Of a DNA stretch of 64,000 nt, positions 54,710 to 63,500 are shown one piece after another. This DNA is from a virus: positions 1 through 64,000 of IMG/VR virus record IMGVR_UViG_3300045988_132434; one strand, written 5' to 3'. The translations under genes and the position numbers were made by a program. Under the pieces are notes generated by a model. That model had not been told where the DNA came from. It made no database searches and saw nothing but the letters and a program-made list of their open reading frames with translations. Positions within the stretch are counted from its first letter, which is position 1; each line of letters begins with the position of its first letter.

Positions 54710-54967
54710 TTAGTATTCGATGCAAAGTAATAGGGCTATTACCACTGCAATAATGTTGTAACCGACGAACTGCCAGCCGGTGCACTTGATGGGATCGCCA
54801 TCCTGGGCGTAAAAGCTATGCCGTGTGTGGAGCCACTGGCAGACCGTTTTCAGGACCGCCAGGGCGTTCTTGACCATACGAGTGACGAGTAACACGATAA
54901 CGGTAATTAAAGCCGCCAGAAGGGCACGGGTGCCCGTTGTGCGTGATATTGTGATGTTCTGTACCAT
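54710..54967 (-). CDS. small two-TM membrane protein
   Basis: Internal ATG at 54967. Hydrophobic segments LLAALITVIVLLV and IIAVVIALLLCI. Confidence 0.4.
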   Translation of the reverse strand: MVQNITISRTTGTRALLAALITVIVLLVTRMVKNALAVLKTVCQWLHTRHSFYAQDGDPIKCTGWQFVGYNIIAVVIALLLCIEY

Positions 54968-54978
54968 GTTGATATGAT

Positions 54979-55254
54979 TTAAGCGGTGTACATAAAATCG
55001 TCCAGATAATAACGCGTTCCGTATATGGTAAAATACGGACGGCATTCAGCTTCAGGATCACGCGGGCAAGTGTATTTTATGCGCTGCCAGCGTTGTGCCG
55101 TGTGTTCATTTCTGCTGGTGCAGTCACGCCATAATACCCCTTCCCCGCCATCGTCTATAACGATGCAATAACCGCCATAATTGTTTGTCTGAAGGAAAGC
55201 GCAACCGAACTTTGAGAGCTCGTCGAACTCCTGTTTTTTCGTGATTCTTGCCAT
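54979..55254 (-). CDS. hypothetical protein
   Basis: 91 aa ORF. Confidence 0.5.
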   Translation of the reverse strand: MARITKKQEFDELSKFGCAFLQTNNYGGYCIVIDDGGEGVLWRDCTSRNEHTAQRWQRIKYTCPRDPEAECRPYFTIYGTRYYLDDFMYTA

Positions 55255-55314
55255 AATCTATAAAGTATTTAATATTGTTTGATGTAAGGACCGGCGGTAC
55301 CGGTCTAACACCTT

Positions 55315-55692
55315 CTATTTTTGCAAGTTCTTTATAAATTCACTTTCAACGTCCCAAGTGTTTTTTTTGGGATGATTCAGCAAAAAAGATTCTGCAAAAT
55401 TTTTGTAATTTTCCAAACAGTCTTTTTTTACAGCTCCCTGCAAAAAAACGCGTTCACCACACGCGCCGCCGCGGGGGGCTACATTCTTTGCACCACAAGC
55501 AATACCCAGACGATCCAACACGTGCACAACATCCCATGTGTCAACGTGTTTTGTGTTTTTGTCACTGTAGCCTGTTGTAACTATACCAAAAACAGCCAAA
55601 CGACATAAAACTTTATATACGCGTGTATTTTTTCGGATTCCATAAAGACGCGGATCTTTTATAAAGCTATATAATTTATTTATTTGTTTCAT
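55315..55692 (-). CDS. hypothetical protein
   Basis: 125 aa ORF. Confidence 0.5.
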   Translation of the reverse strand: MKQINKLYSFIKDPRLYGIRKNTRVYKVLCRLAVFGIVTTGYSDKNTKHVDTWDVVHVLDRLGIACGAKNVAPRGGACGERVFLQGAVKKDCLENYKNFAESFLLNHPKKNTWDVESEFIKNLQK

Positions 55693-55764
55693 AATTTTAT
55701 TTTATTAAAAGTTGTTAAAAGTTGTTAGATAAAGGACCGGCGGGCGCCGGTCCCAGGTTGTTAA

Positions 55765-56118
55765 TTATAGGTTAATAGTTTCACCATTTGCCAAATCGAA
55801 TATTGCTAATTGTTTGTTTGCACGTCCAAGTTCTATAGCCGTTTTCAAATCATTTACAATTATGGTGGCATCAAAATAAAACTGTCTATTATCAGGATTT
55901 AGCCATCCGCCGAAAGCGTTGATTTCCGGATGTTCACTAACGCATTCTATAACTTTTTTCAAGCCGGCAAAACCGAATGAGTCTTGAGTATCAGCGACGG
56001 CAACAGCGTAACCAATAGTAATAGGCTGCAAGGTGGCAGCGGAAACGGTAAAACCTTCCTTGTTGTTTAATGCAATGGTTGCAAGTGCAACCAAGACAGA
56101 TGTTTGTTTTTTGTTCAT
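55765..56118 (-). CDS. hypothetical protein, first gene of the leftward accessory array
   Basis: ATG at 56118. Confidence 0.5.
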   Translation of the reverse strand: MNKKQTSVLVALATIALNNKEGFTVSAATLQPITIGYAVAVADTQDSFGFAGLKKVIECVSEHPEINAFGGWLNPDNRQFYFDATIIVNDLKTAIELGRANKQLAIFDLANGETINL

Positions 56119-56154
56119 AATGCTAAAGTATTTAATTTGTTTTTGTTTACGATG

Positions 56155-56162
56155 CAAAGGTA
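56155..56162 (-). promoter_or_regulatory. -7 box TACCTTTG (leftward early-type promoter)
   Basis: CAAAGGTA on the plus strand, 37 nt upstream of the ATG at 56118. Confidence 0.55.
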
Positions 56163-56301
56163 ATAACTTTATTTGTTTTTACCAAATAAAATTATTAAAA
56201 AGTTTATATTTATATTTGTTTTTAACCTTTTCTAAACAAATAAACCTATTTATTAAATATAATTTCACAAATAAACTTATTACTATACCTTATTATATAT
56301 A

Positions 56302-56600
56302 ATACCGTTTTTCGGTGGAGTGGTCCTCGGTGGCTGATGGTGTCCTCCGTGGTGTCCTCCCTGGTGTGCGGCCGCATATTCACAGCCGGACACGCTGGCG
56401 GGGGCACGCAAGGCGCATCAGTGCGGCGGCGCTCTCGCCTGTGAATCGAAGTTGCAAGGAAAGTTTGCTGGATGCGATTGCTCTAATTATCAATTATTTA
56501 GATTTCTACACCGGATGGCTTTTTACAGGTAGATATGTAGGCTAAAATGCTGGCTATTAGCCATTTATAGGGGTAAAAGAATAATTCAGATATACCGTTT
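56302..56600. other. GC-rich ~290-bp insert bounded by the 9-bp direct repeat ATACCGTTT
   Basis: DR copies at 56302-56310 and 56592-56600. The interior has three GGTGTCCTCC-like direct repeats (56320-56364) and the 8-bp IR ATTCACAG/CTGTGAAT (56378-56385 and 56439-56446). Confidence 0.45.
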
Positions 56601-56709
56601 AACGCCCAAATATTTCCTCAAAACACACAAAAATCAACAGAAAACGCTTTTTTTTACTGAAAACAAATATATTTATCACTAAAACTTTGGTATTATTAAA
56701 TAAAAACAT

Positions 56710-56736
56710 TACCTTTGCAAATAAATAGCAAATAAA
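56710..56736 (+). promoter_or_regulatory. promoter TACCTTTG followed by two GCAAATAAATA operator-like repeats
   Basis: TACCTTTG at 56710-56717. CAAATAAA at 56718-56725 and 56729-56736. Three more CAAATAAA copies lie at 56183, 56237 and 56268. Confidence 0.5.
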
Positions 56737-56755
56737 TATATATAGTTGTTTGATT

Positions 56756-57124
56756 ATGGAAACAGAAAAAAGACCAAAATCAGAGGTTAATCTTCGCAAA
56801 CTCATGCAGAAAATGGGGTTAGGCACAAACGCATTTGCCGAAGCCTGCGGCATGAGTTCGCAGTCGATGGCACAATTCTTACGCAATAAATCGCTAACAA
56901 CAGCGTCTATATATCGCATAGCAATGGCCCTCGATATAGACCCTCGCGACATGTTCTTCCCAACCGACGAGGAAGAAACGACATTATCTTTTTCCGACAA
57001 AGAAAAAGAGGAGAAAAAAGAAAATACACAAGAGGACACACAACCGATAGTCAACACCACCGCCTTCTGTCCTCATTGTGGTGCAAAAGTCCGCGTGGGC
57101 GTGGTGCTGTTGCCCGAAGCGTAA
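56756..57124 (+). CDS. XRE-family HTH regulator with C-terminal CPHCG zinc-ribbon-like tail
   Basis: LRKLMQKMGLGTNAFAEACGMSSQSMAQFLRNKSLTTASIYRIAMALDIDPRDMF is a classic HTH_XRE. Confidence 0.75.
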   Translation: METEKRPKSEVNLRKLMQKMGLGTNAFAEACGMSSQSMAQFLRNKSLTTASIYRIAMALDIDPRDMFFPTDEEETTLSFSDKEKEEKKENTQEDTQPIVNTTAFCPHCGAKVRVGVVLLPEA

Positions 57125-57192
57125 AAATCCCACGGCAAGCGTGTGCCTACCGTGGGAAAACAGACAAAAAGCCTCCGTACCCCTGTCTGCCG

Positions 57193-57630
57193 TTACATCT
57201 CCAAGTCGCTGCCGCCGCCAGGCTTCTGACCACCGCCGGAGCCTCCGTCAGCCGATACGCCACCTGTGAGGTCGTTGCAGGAGAGCATGACCTTGAAGTC
57301 GTCGGTGACGAGGGAGCGCATGAAGCTGTACGGGTTGCCGATCTTGTGCTGCGCCTTGTACGCCTTCATCACAGCAAGGTAAGCCTCCGTGCCCTTCGCC
57401 GACGTAGCGGACGGGCGGTTCTGCTTCCACCAAGAGGCCGCAAACTGCGCCTTCTTCGTGAAGTCGGCCTTTGCCACTTGCTGTTTCTCACTGTTCGGCT
57501 GTGTGCATCCATGATACCCTGCCGAATACATCTTACCCGTGCGCTTGTTGACACCAATGTAAGTAGTGTCCTTTTTGCACAGTTTGCCACTAATGGAACT
57601 AACCAAGTGGCTTGGAACAATCTTTGCCAT
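57193..57630 (-). CDS. hypothetical basic protein with Gly-rich C-terminus
   Basis: ATG at 57630. Locally GC-rich. The overlapping + ORF 57076-57639 is judged spurious. Confidence 0.5.
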   Translation of the reverse strand: MAKIVPSHLVSSISGKLCKKDTTYIGVNKRTGKMYSAGYHGCTQPNSEKQQVAKADFTKKAQFAASWWKQNRPSATSAKGTEAYLAVMKAYKAQHKIGNPYSFMRSLVTDDFKVMLSCNDLTGGVSADGGSGGGQKPGGGSDLEM

Positions 57631-57687
57631 ACGCAATAAATTTTTCCGTGAAACATTGTCCCTAAAAAGGAACGAGAACTATCACAG

Positions 57688-57723
57688 AGCAAGTACTACG
57701 AAAGTACTATGAAAGTACTACGA
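57688..57723 (+). promoter_or_regulatory. 3 x 11-bp AGTACTAYGAA array (partner of 3966-4002)
   Basis: AGCAAGTACTACGAAAGTACTATGAAAGTACTACGA. Confidence 0.5.
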
Positions 57724-57842
57724 CTTTGCTCATGGTATAAAGGTACAAAAAACGTGCGTGAAACATCGGACACAGTGAGAGGGTCGGACACGTCGGATAG
57801 AAAAATATTCGGAGAAATGACGGGGATATGAAATAATTGTTG

Positions 57843-57968
57843 TACCTTTGCACAAGATACTTCATAGCTAAACGGATCTTTGCGACAAAAGATCTTAAAA
57901 AAATTCATATTACATAAAGTATTAAATTTGGTTGATGTCTGTTGCCTGAGAAGGTAGCAGGCATTTTT
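57843..57968 (+). ncRNA. candidate ~110-nt sRNA: promoter, two hairpins, terminator
   Basis: TACCTTTG at 57843-57850. Hairpin GATCTTT-GCGACA-AAAGATC. Terminator TGCCTG (57943-57948) pairs with CAGGCA (57958-57963), followed by T5. Confidence 0.4.
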
Positions 57969-57985
57969 CGTTTCCGTATGCCCAC

Positions 57986-58016
57986 AAAAAAGCGGCTATT
58001 CTCACGAACCGCCGCC
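57986..58016 (-). terminator. rho-independent terminator after the tail/lysis block
   Basis: Minus strand reads GCGGC-GGTTCGTGAGAATA-GCCGC followed by T6. Confidence 0.5.
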
Positions 58017-58136
58017 ACGAAAAATCAATAACTTCAGAAAAAAAAAGATATGTAGCATTACATAATCGTTATGGTTTATCGTCAGACAGACCTGACGAAC
58101 CGACGTGCCTGTCTGACTCTTTCCGCTACCATACCT

Positions 58137-58418
58137 CTATGTCATTAAAACAGTTAGCACTAAAGCCGACACTACCGAGGCAACAGCGTCATAGGGGAAA
58201 TTAGTATTATCTATTTCCCCCTTGACCTTATCCTCTGCTATCTGACTGCCAATATACAGGAAGAATGACAGCATCCATCCAAACACCACACATGGCAGAC
58301 CATCCCATCCTGCAATATGGAATCCTGCCACACACAGCATGGTAACAACCATGATAATTAACATTCTCATCCACTTCTCTGCTGGCACTTTACCCAGCCA
58401 CTTCATAATCTTTTTCAT
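58137..58418 (-). CDS. small 3-TM membrane protein (holin-like by size and position)
   Basis: 93 aa with three hydrophobic segments. It is the last gene of the tail block. Confidence 0.4.
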   Translation of the reverse strand: MKKIMKWLGKVPAEKWMRMLIIMVVTMLCVAGFHIAGWDGLPCVVFGWMLSFFLYIGSQIAEDKVKGEIDNTNFPYDAVASVVSALVLTVLMT

Positions 58419-58861
58419 ACCTTAATGATTACATCTGAAATAACCTCAATCTGTTTCATCTCCCAATCAGGGTTGCTGGCGAGCAATCTGCCAAAAGCAT
58501 CCTCGCTGATACCTTCTACATCGAGAGTAACATCGGCATCTCCAAGCTCCTTGACAGCACTGTCAACAAGCTTTCTTACTCGGTCATACTCCGCAACAAA
58601 GGCTTTGTACTCCTCAGCCTTCATCTCGCAGTTTTCACCTTTCTTGCTTTCATACTCCAGTGCTTTCTGCATTTTGCTCTCATAGTCCTCAATGTCATTG
58701 AGCTTTGATGTTGCATCCTTGCAAGCCTCCTGATAGTCCTCTGCTTTCTTCTTCACAGCATGACATACCTTCCAGACAGCAACCTTCTCACCATCCTCAC
58801 ATTTGCTAATCTTGGCATTTACAAGCACATTGTATGCCTCTGCAATCTTTCTTACTTTCAT
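58415..58861 (-). CDS. hypothetical protein
   Basis: 148 aa ORF. Confidence 0.5.
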   Translation of the reverse strand: MKVRKIAEAYNVLVNAKISKCEDGEKVAVWKVCHAVKKKAEDYQEACKDATSKLNDIEDYESKMQKALEYESKKGENCEMKAEEYKAFVAEYDRVRKLVDSAVKELGDADVTLDVEGISEDAFGRLLASNPDWEMKQIEVISDVIIKV

Positions 58862-58899
58862 ATTTCTCTTCTCCTTTTTATTTAAGTTAATTAAGTTAA

Positions 58900-59232
58900 T
58901 TACTCTGCCACAGCCTTTTCCTCAGAGGTTTCCTCCAGAGTGGTTTCCTCTGTCTTAAACACAATTTTCTCAATCTCTCTTGCAACAGCAACCACAGCCT
59001 CAGTTTCATCTGACTTAGCCACATCAAGATTGTATCTCAATGCACCGTCAGCCTCTACTCGGATGTTCACGTTGGCAATATAGCCATTGTCCTTTGAGTC
59101 AAGGAATGTTTCATGGACAGACTCCACTTTTCCGCCATTGGCAGACTGGATAGTGACGTTCACATTGTACTTCTCTGTCAGATACTCTGCCTGTGTCTGC
59201 TCTGACTTAGACTTGATAATCAATTCGTTCAT
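58900..59232 (-). CDS. hypothetical protein
   Basis: 110 aa ORF. Confidence 0.5.
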   Translation of the reverse strand: MNELIIKSKSEQTQAEYLTEKYNVNVTIQSANGGKVESVHETFLDSKDNGYIANVNIRVEADGALRYNLDVAKSDETEAVVAVAREIEKIVFKTEETTLEETSEEKAVAE

Positions 59233-59266
59233 AATCTTATTATTTATTTAGTTAAACATTATTTTG

Positions 59267-60571
59267 TTAGTTGTGTGGGGTTATGTTTATAGTCTTCAAT
59301 ATTTTCGTATCAGTTTCCTGATTCTTTTTTATCAGGACTACTTTAACAGGTGTTACACCTGTTCTGTTAGTCAGATAATAATAATCCACGTTCTTTATCT
59401 CACCAGCAGCAAGTGTCACAGAACCAATCTTTAGAGTCCCTACAAGACTACCACTTATATATATTGCAAGACCTAAACCTGTTAGTGTCTGATCAATATC
59501 ACCTCCTTTATATTTTACTTTTATGATGATAGAATAATCACCAAAACCCAGTACAGGAACATCACCGTCCACAGGTAATCCCCACATCCAGTCAATATCA
59601 GTAAAGCTAACACTTGCTACATAATAACTTGATTTTGCTACCACATTACTACATGGCATTGGGATTCCACATCTTGAATTATCAGAAGGGGAAGCCCATA
59701 TAGGAGACACTGTTTCTGTAATAGGCTGATCATCACCCCCAATATTCTGTGTCACCTTATAGGCTATCAACATTCCTATGAATACATAGTCAGTCAAAGG
59801 AGAGGCTACCTCACCTGTTATCTTATATGATGAGTCTTTATCACCTATTGTACCTAAGAAGCCATTACTGTATAGATACTGATTTTGTTTTGTTGCATCT
59901 TCATCCTTCATGTAGTACAAACTAAAACTCTCACTACCTTTCCTGGCTACAGCAACAGCAAGTCGCCATATAACATTTTTGTAGATATTGTAATCAAATG
60001 TCTTAGCACGTACTCCTTCATCATTAACATTGAGACCAACATTGACATTAAAAGTACGACCACCAAATCTAACATCATCTATATTAAAGGGTATAGGTGC
60101 ATAATGATTATATCCATCAAAATCCTGCAACCTCGATGCATAGTAGTACTTACCATCCCATCCCGTAGGATAGTCATGTCTATACTCAGCTGCACTCTGG
60201 TCTTTAAGTCCACTGACAGATAATCCTGCCCTTAACTTTGCAGCATCGCTCCACATCATCATTGTGGGGAAAATAATACCCGTAGTACCATTAGTGATAG
60301 GAGTCAATGTCTGACTACCCAATATGATATTCTCCTTGTTAGGGTCGCTTGGATCTGCTACAGCTGTATATTCATGTGACTGCATCTTGACCAAACTATC
60401 ATACCTACATGGCTTTATCTTCGACCATATATTGATATTGGGACTTCCGCACAAATCATACTCCACACCATTATTTCTCTTGGGTGCAAGCACACCAATA
60501 CTCTCGCCCAACGTCAGTTGTACATCTCTGATGCTCACAGGAGCTGTTATCTTACCATTATCATGTGCCAT
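59267..60571 (-). CDS. hypothetical tail-associated protein (by position)
   Basis: 434 aa, directly downstream of the tail fibre gene. Confidence 0.45.
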   Translation of the reverse strand: MAHDNGKITAPVSIRDVQLTLGESIGVLAPKRNNGVEYDLCGSPNINIWSKIKPCRYDSLVKMQSHEYTAVADPSDPNKENIILGSQTLTPITNGTTGIIFPTMMMWSDAAKLRAGLSVSGLKDQSAAEYRHDYPTGWDGKYYYASRLQDFDGYNHYAPIPFNIDDVRFGGRTFNVNVGLNVNDEGVRAKTFDYNIYKNVIWRLAVAVARKGSESFSLYYMKDEDATKQNQYLYSNGFLGTIGDKDSSYKITGEVASPLTDYVFIGMLIAYKVTQNIGGDDQPITETVSPIWASPSDNSRCGIPMPCSNVVAKSSYYVASVSFTDIDWMWGLPVDGDVPVLGFGDYSIIIKVKYKGGDIDQTLTGLGLAIYISGSLVGTLKIGSVTLAAGEIKNVDYYYLTNRTGVTPVKVVLIKKNQETDTKILKTINITPHN

Positions 60572-60580
60572 ATCTTAATC

Positions 60581-63500
60581 TTATTTATTAACCTTGTTTT
60601 CCAATGCGCTCACTCTCTGCTCCAAACTGGTACAGCGACCTTGTAAAGCACTCACTGATTGATTGAGTGATTGAGTAATTGATTTCTGATTAGAGTTTAT
60701 CAACCTATACAGATTGCCTATACTGTAGGCAGTAGCCAGTTCTGAATCACTCTCTTCCGTCAAGTCTATACTGTCAGCCCATTTCTTCACTGACAACGCA
60801 GTACTTGCATCTACTCCAAGGCTAGACAGATAGGAGTCAGTATATAAACCTCCTCCTGCTATCCTCAGACCCTTATTTGCTGCATCATAACTGATAGTGA
60901 TATTACCTATCTGTAAAGAATCGACAATAGCCCTGCCTGTAGTAGCCATATCACCATTTACATGGAGTTTATGGGTAGGAGAAGTTGTACCAATTCCGAC
61001 ATTGCCACTGCCTACATTACTACTGCTGGAAGCACAGATATATACATTTGCCCTTGACGAATTGCCATATTGAATAAAAAGTGCTGTATCACACCAGAGT
61101 TCATCTGTGTTACCTATATGTATTCTATCACAGGTAAATCTACCAGTTATATTATCTGTTCCGTCAAAACGCTGCCCCCAGATAGTCCTTGCTGTTTGTA
61201 ATTTTGTAGCTGTAGCAGCATTACCTGTGATTGATGCAGAAGATGTAATATAACCTGCGCCATTAGTCAGTTGATTAGTATTATTTGGAATACTAATGGA
61301 CTGTGCAGTAGATCCATTATAAGAACCGCTACTATAACCACTCCATGAAAGAGAGTTAGTTACTTGTGCTGCCGAATCAGCATATCCAGCACTAATTTTC
61401 TCCCAATCATCAGATGACCACTTACCACCTCTCTTTCTTAATATCCTAAGATAGGTGTCAGCATAGCCCATCTTCAGTATAGCACCATATTGCACCTGAC
61501 TATTATAATTTTCCATGCCTATTAAGTATGAATATTCTTCACCAGATGTATTATATATAAATGCGCGACGATGTGAGTTAGCAGCAGCTTTTATCCAATC
61601 AAGAGTAGTGTGTTGTACTGATACCTGTGAGCAATACAACCCATCAGTAATACCATATCCGCTAAGAGTTGTTGGTTTACCACTTACATTACTCCATGTA
61701 ACCGAATTGGCACTGCCAGCATTACCCGTAATATTGATTCCCCAGGTACCTGTAGCATTTGATCCATCATTTGCAGCAAGGGTTTTGCTACTGGTAGGAA
61801 ATGTATAAGTACATTCAGAAGTTCCATGCAGTTTGAAATACCAATGGGGAGAATCTTCGGATTCATTAGCTTGCCCACCGCCAAATGAAATTATGGGGTT
61901 ATAATAGTGACAATCTAATAGACCTTTAATATCCCCAGTCCCAAACACAATAGAAGATGAGTATCTTCCACTATTCCAAAGAGCCGGATTATTATTGTAA
62001 CTAACCTGAATGATGGAACCATTAGTTAAACCACCAGCAAGTTTCCATCCTGATGATGCTAAACTTCCTAAGTATTTTTTGACATTAGCACCTAAGGAAT
62101 AACTTATTGCCGTAGGCTTTCCTTCCTTAAAATATATTGGCAGGGTTTCTGATCCTGCTGAATTATCTAATTTATTCGCTGTAGTAGCATAACTCACACT
62201 CTTGTTTGCATCAGCAGTATTATCTACATTACCAAGACCAACATCTGATTTCGTCGGCTTGAAGCCTTCGTGATATACTCTCCACCAATCAGACCAACTA
62301 TTTCTATCACCAATATGACGGAAGTAAAGATACGGTAACTCTAAAGAACCATACGTTGCCAACTGAAAACCAGTATATCCTGTTATGGCAGATATTCCAG
62401 ACCAATATGTTCCTGGCGCTCCTATAGCTGTCTTATTAGTACAGTACAGAAACCTTAATCTATTATCCGCGTGATTGAAATTCCAGTTATCTGTCACATT
62501 GGTTAATGAAAGATTTTCAGCAAAAAGCGTATTACTGCCAAGGTTAAGACTGCCAGTAAGTGTTCCACCAGTCAATGGGAGATACCCTAACAGTTCACTT
62601 CTATCAGCCTTACCACTAATATCTTGGTGACTCGTCAAATACCCTTTGCCTTCTACCCAGTCTTCTGTTGCATACCCTGCCAGAGCATCCGCAAGGTGGC
62701 TTTTACTAATCTGCTCAGTACCACTATTGCCCAAAAGAGACCACAGCAGCTCTGCATCAAGTCCACCTCCACCAGAGCCTCCTGATGAAGCAGAGTTCCC
62801 TAATGCAGAAATTCCTCCGTCAGACCATAAACTCATCTTCGCACGGATAGATGCTCCCGAAGATATATTGCCATTCACGGGCAAATCTGATTTCTTATCA
62901 TCAACAACAGAGAATACCTTATTAAACCAGTCTATAGTTACAAAACGGTCTTTTAGCTCTTTCTGAGTGAGCACAACATCATTGTTGTCAAGGTCTTCTT
63001 GGCGCAAGCGTTCAATGAACAATTCGCCAAATATCTTCTGAGGTATAAGCAGAACCTCTGAACCTTTTACGGTCGTTGAGAACATACCACTTATACTTGC
63101 TAAGACGTTGAGCACATCGGTTTTGTCCGAGTTAATAAGTGCAGATAAATCTTTGATAGTGACATTACCTGTTGAACCCCAAGAAATGTTACCATTAGCG
63201 AGGTAGCCTGAGCCATCGAAGCGTAACAGAGATTTCGCCCAGTTCGTTACACCTGAGTAGTTGCTTTTATCCTCTATATCGCCCATTTCACCGCCATACC
63301 ATGCTGCAATACCGCCACCTTTGTACTTGGCATCTTGTACCGCTCCGTTTATGCCCGACTGGATGTTCTTGCTCTTGTCACGGAGTGCAATCAATGTGGA
63401 TAGGATAAGACCTCCATCTACTACGGTATCGTTCTTTAGCGCATCTTTAAGGTAATCGAGCTGCGCTACCTTTGTATTCGTAGCATAGTCAGAAGCAAGT

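Noticed and set aside
56315-56545. 76-aa plus ORF inside the GC-rich insert.
   Set aside because: It has no ATG start (an alternative start was called), it is Arg/Gly-rich with low complexity, and it runs across the repeat units. GC-rich sequence yields open frames by chance.
56599-57060. 153-aa minus ORF antisense to the XRE regulator.
   Set aside because: It overlaps a confidently recognised HTH_XRE gene and its promoter/operator region, and its sequence is low-complexity Ser/Phe-rich.
57076-57639. 187-aa plus ORF overlapping 57193-57630 on the opposite strand.
   Set aside because: Its product is Arg/Ala/Leu-rich, typical of an antisense frame of a GC-rich gene. It would also overlap the end of the XRE gene. 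The minus-strand ORF has a clean ATG and a plausible sequence.
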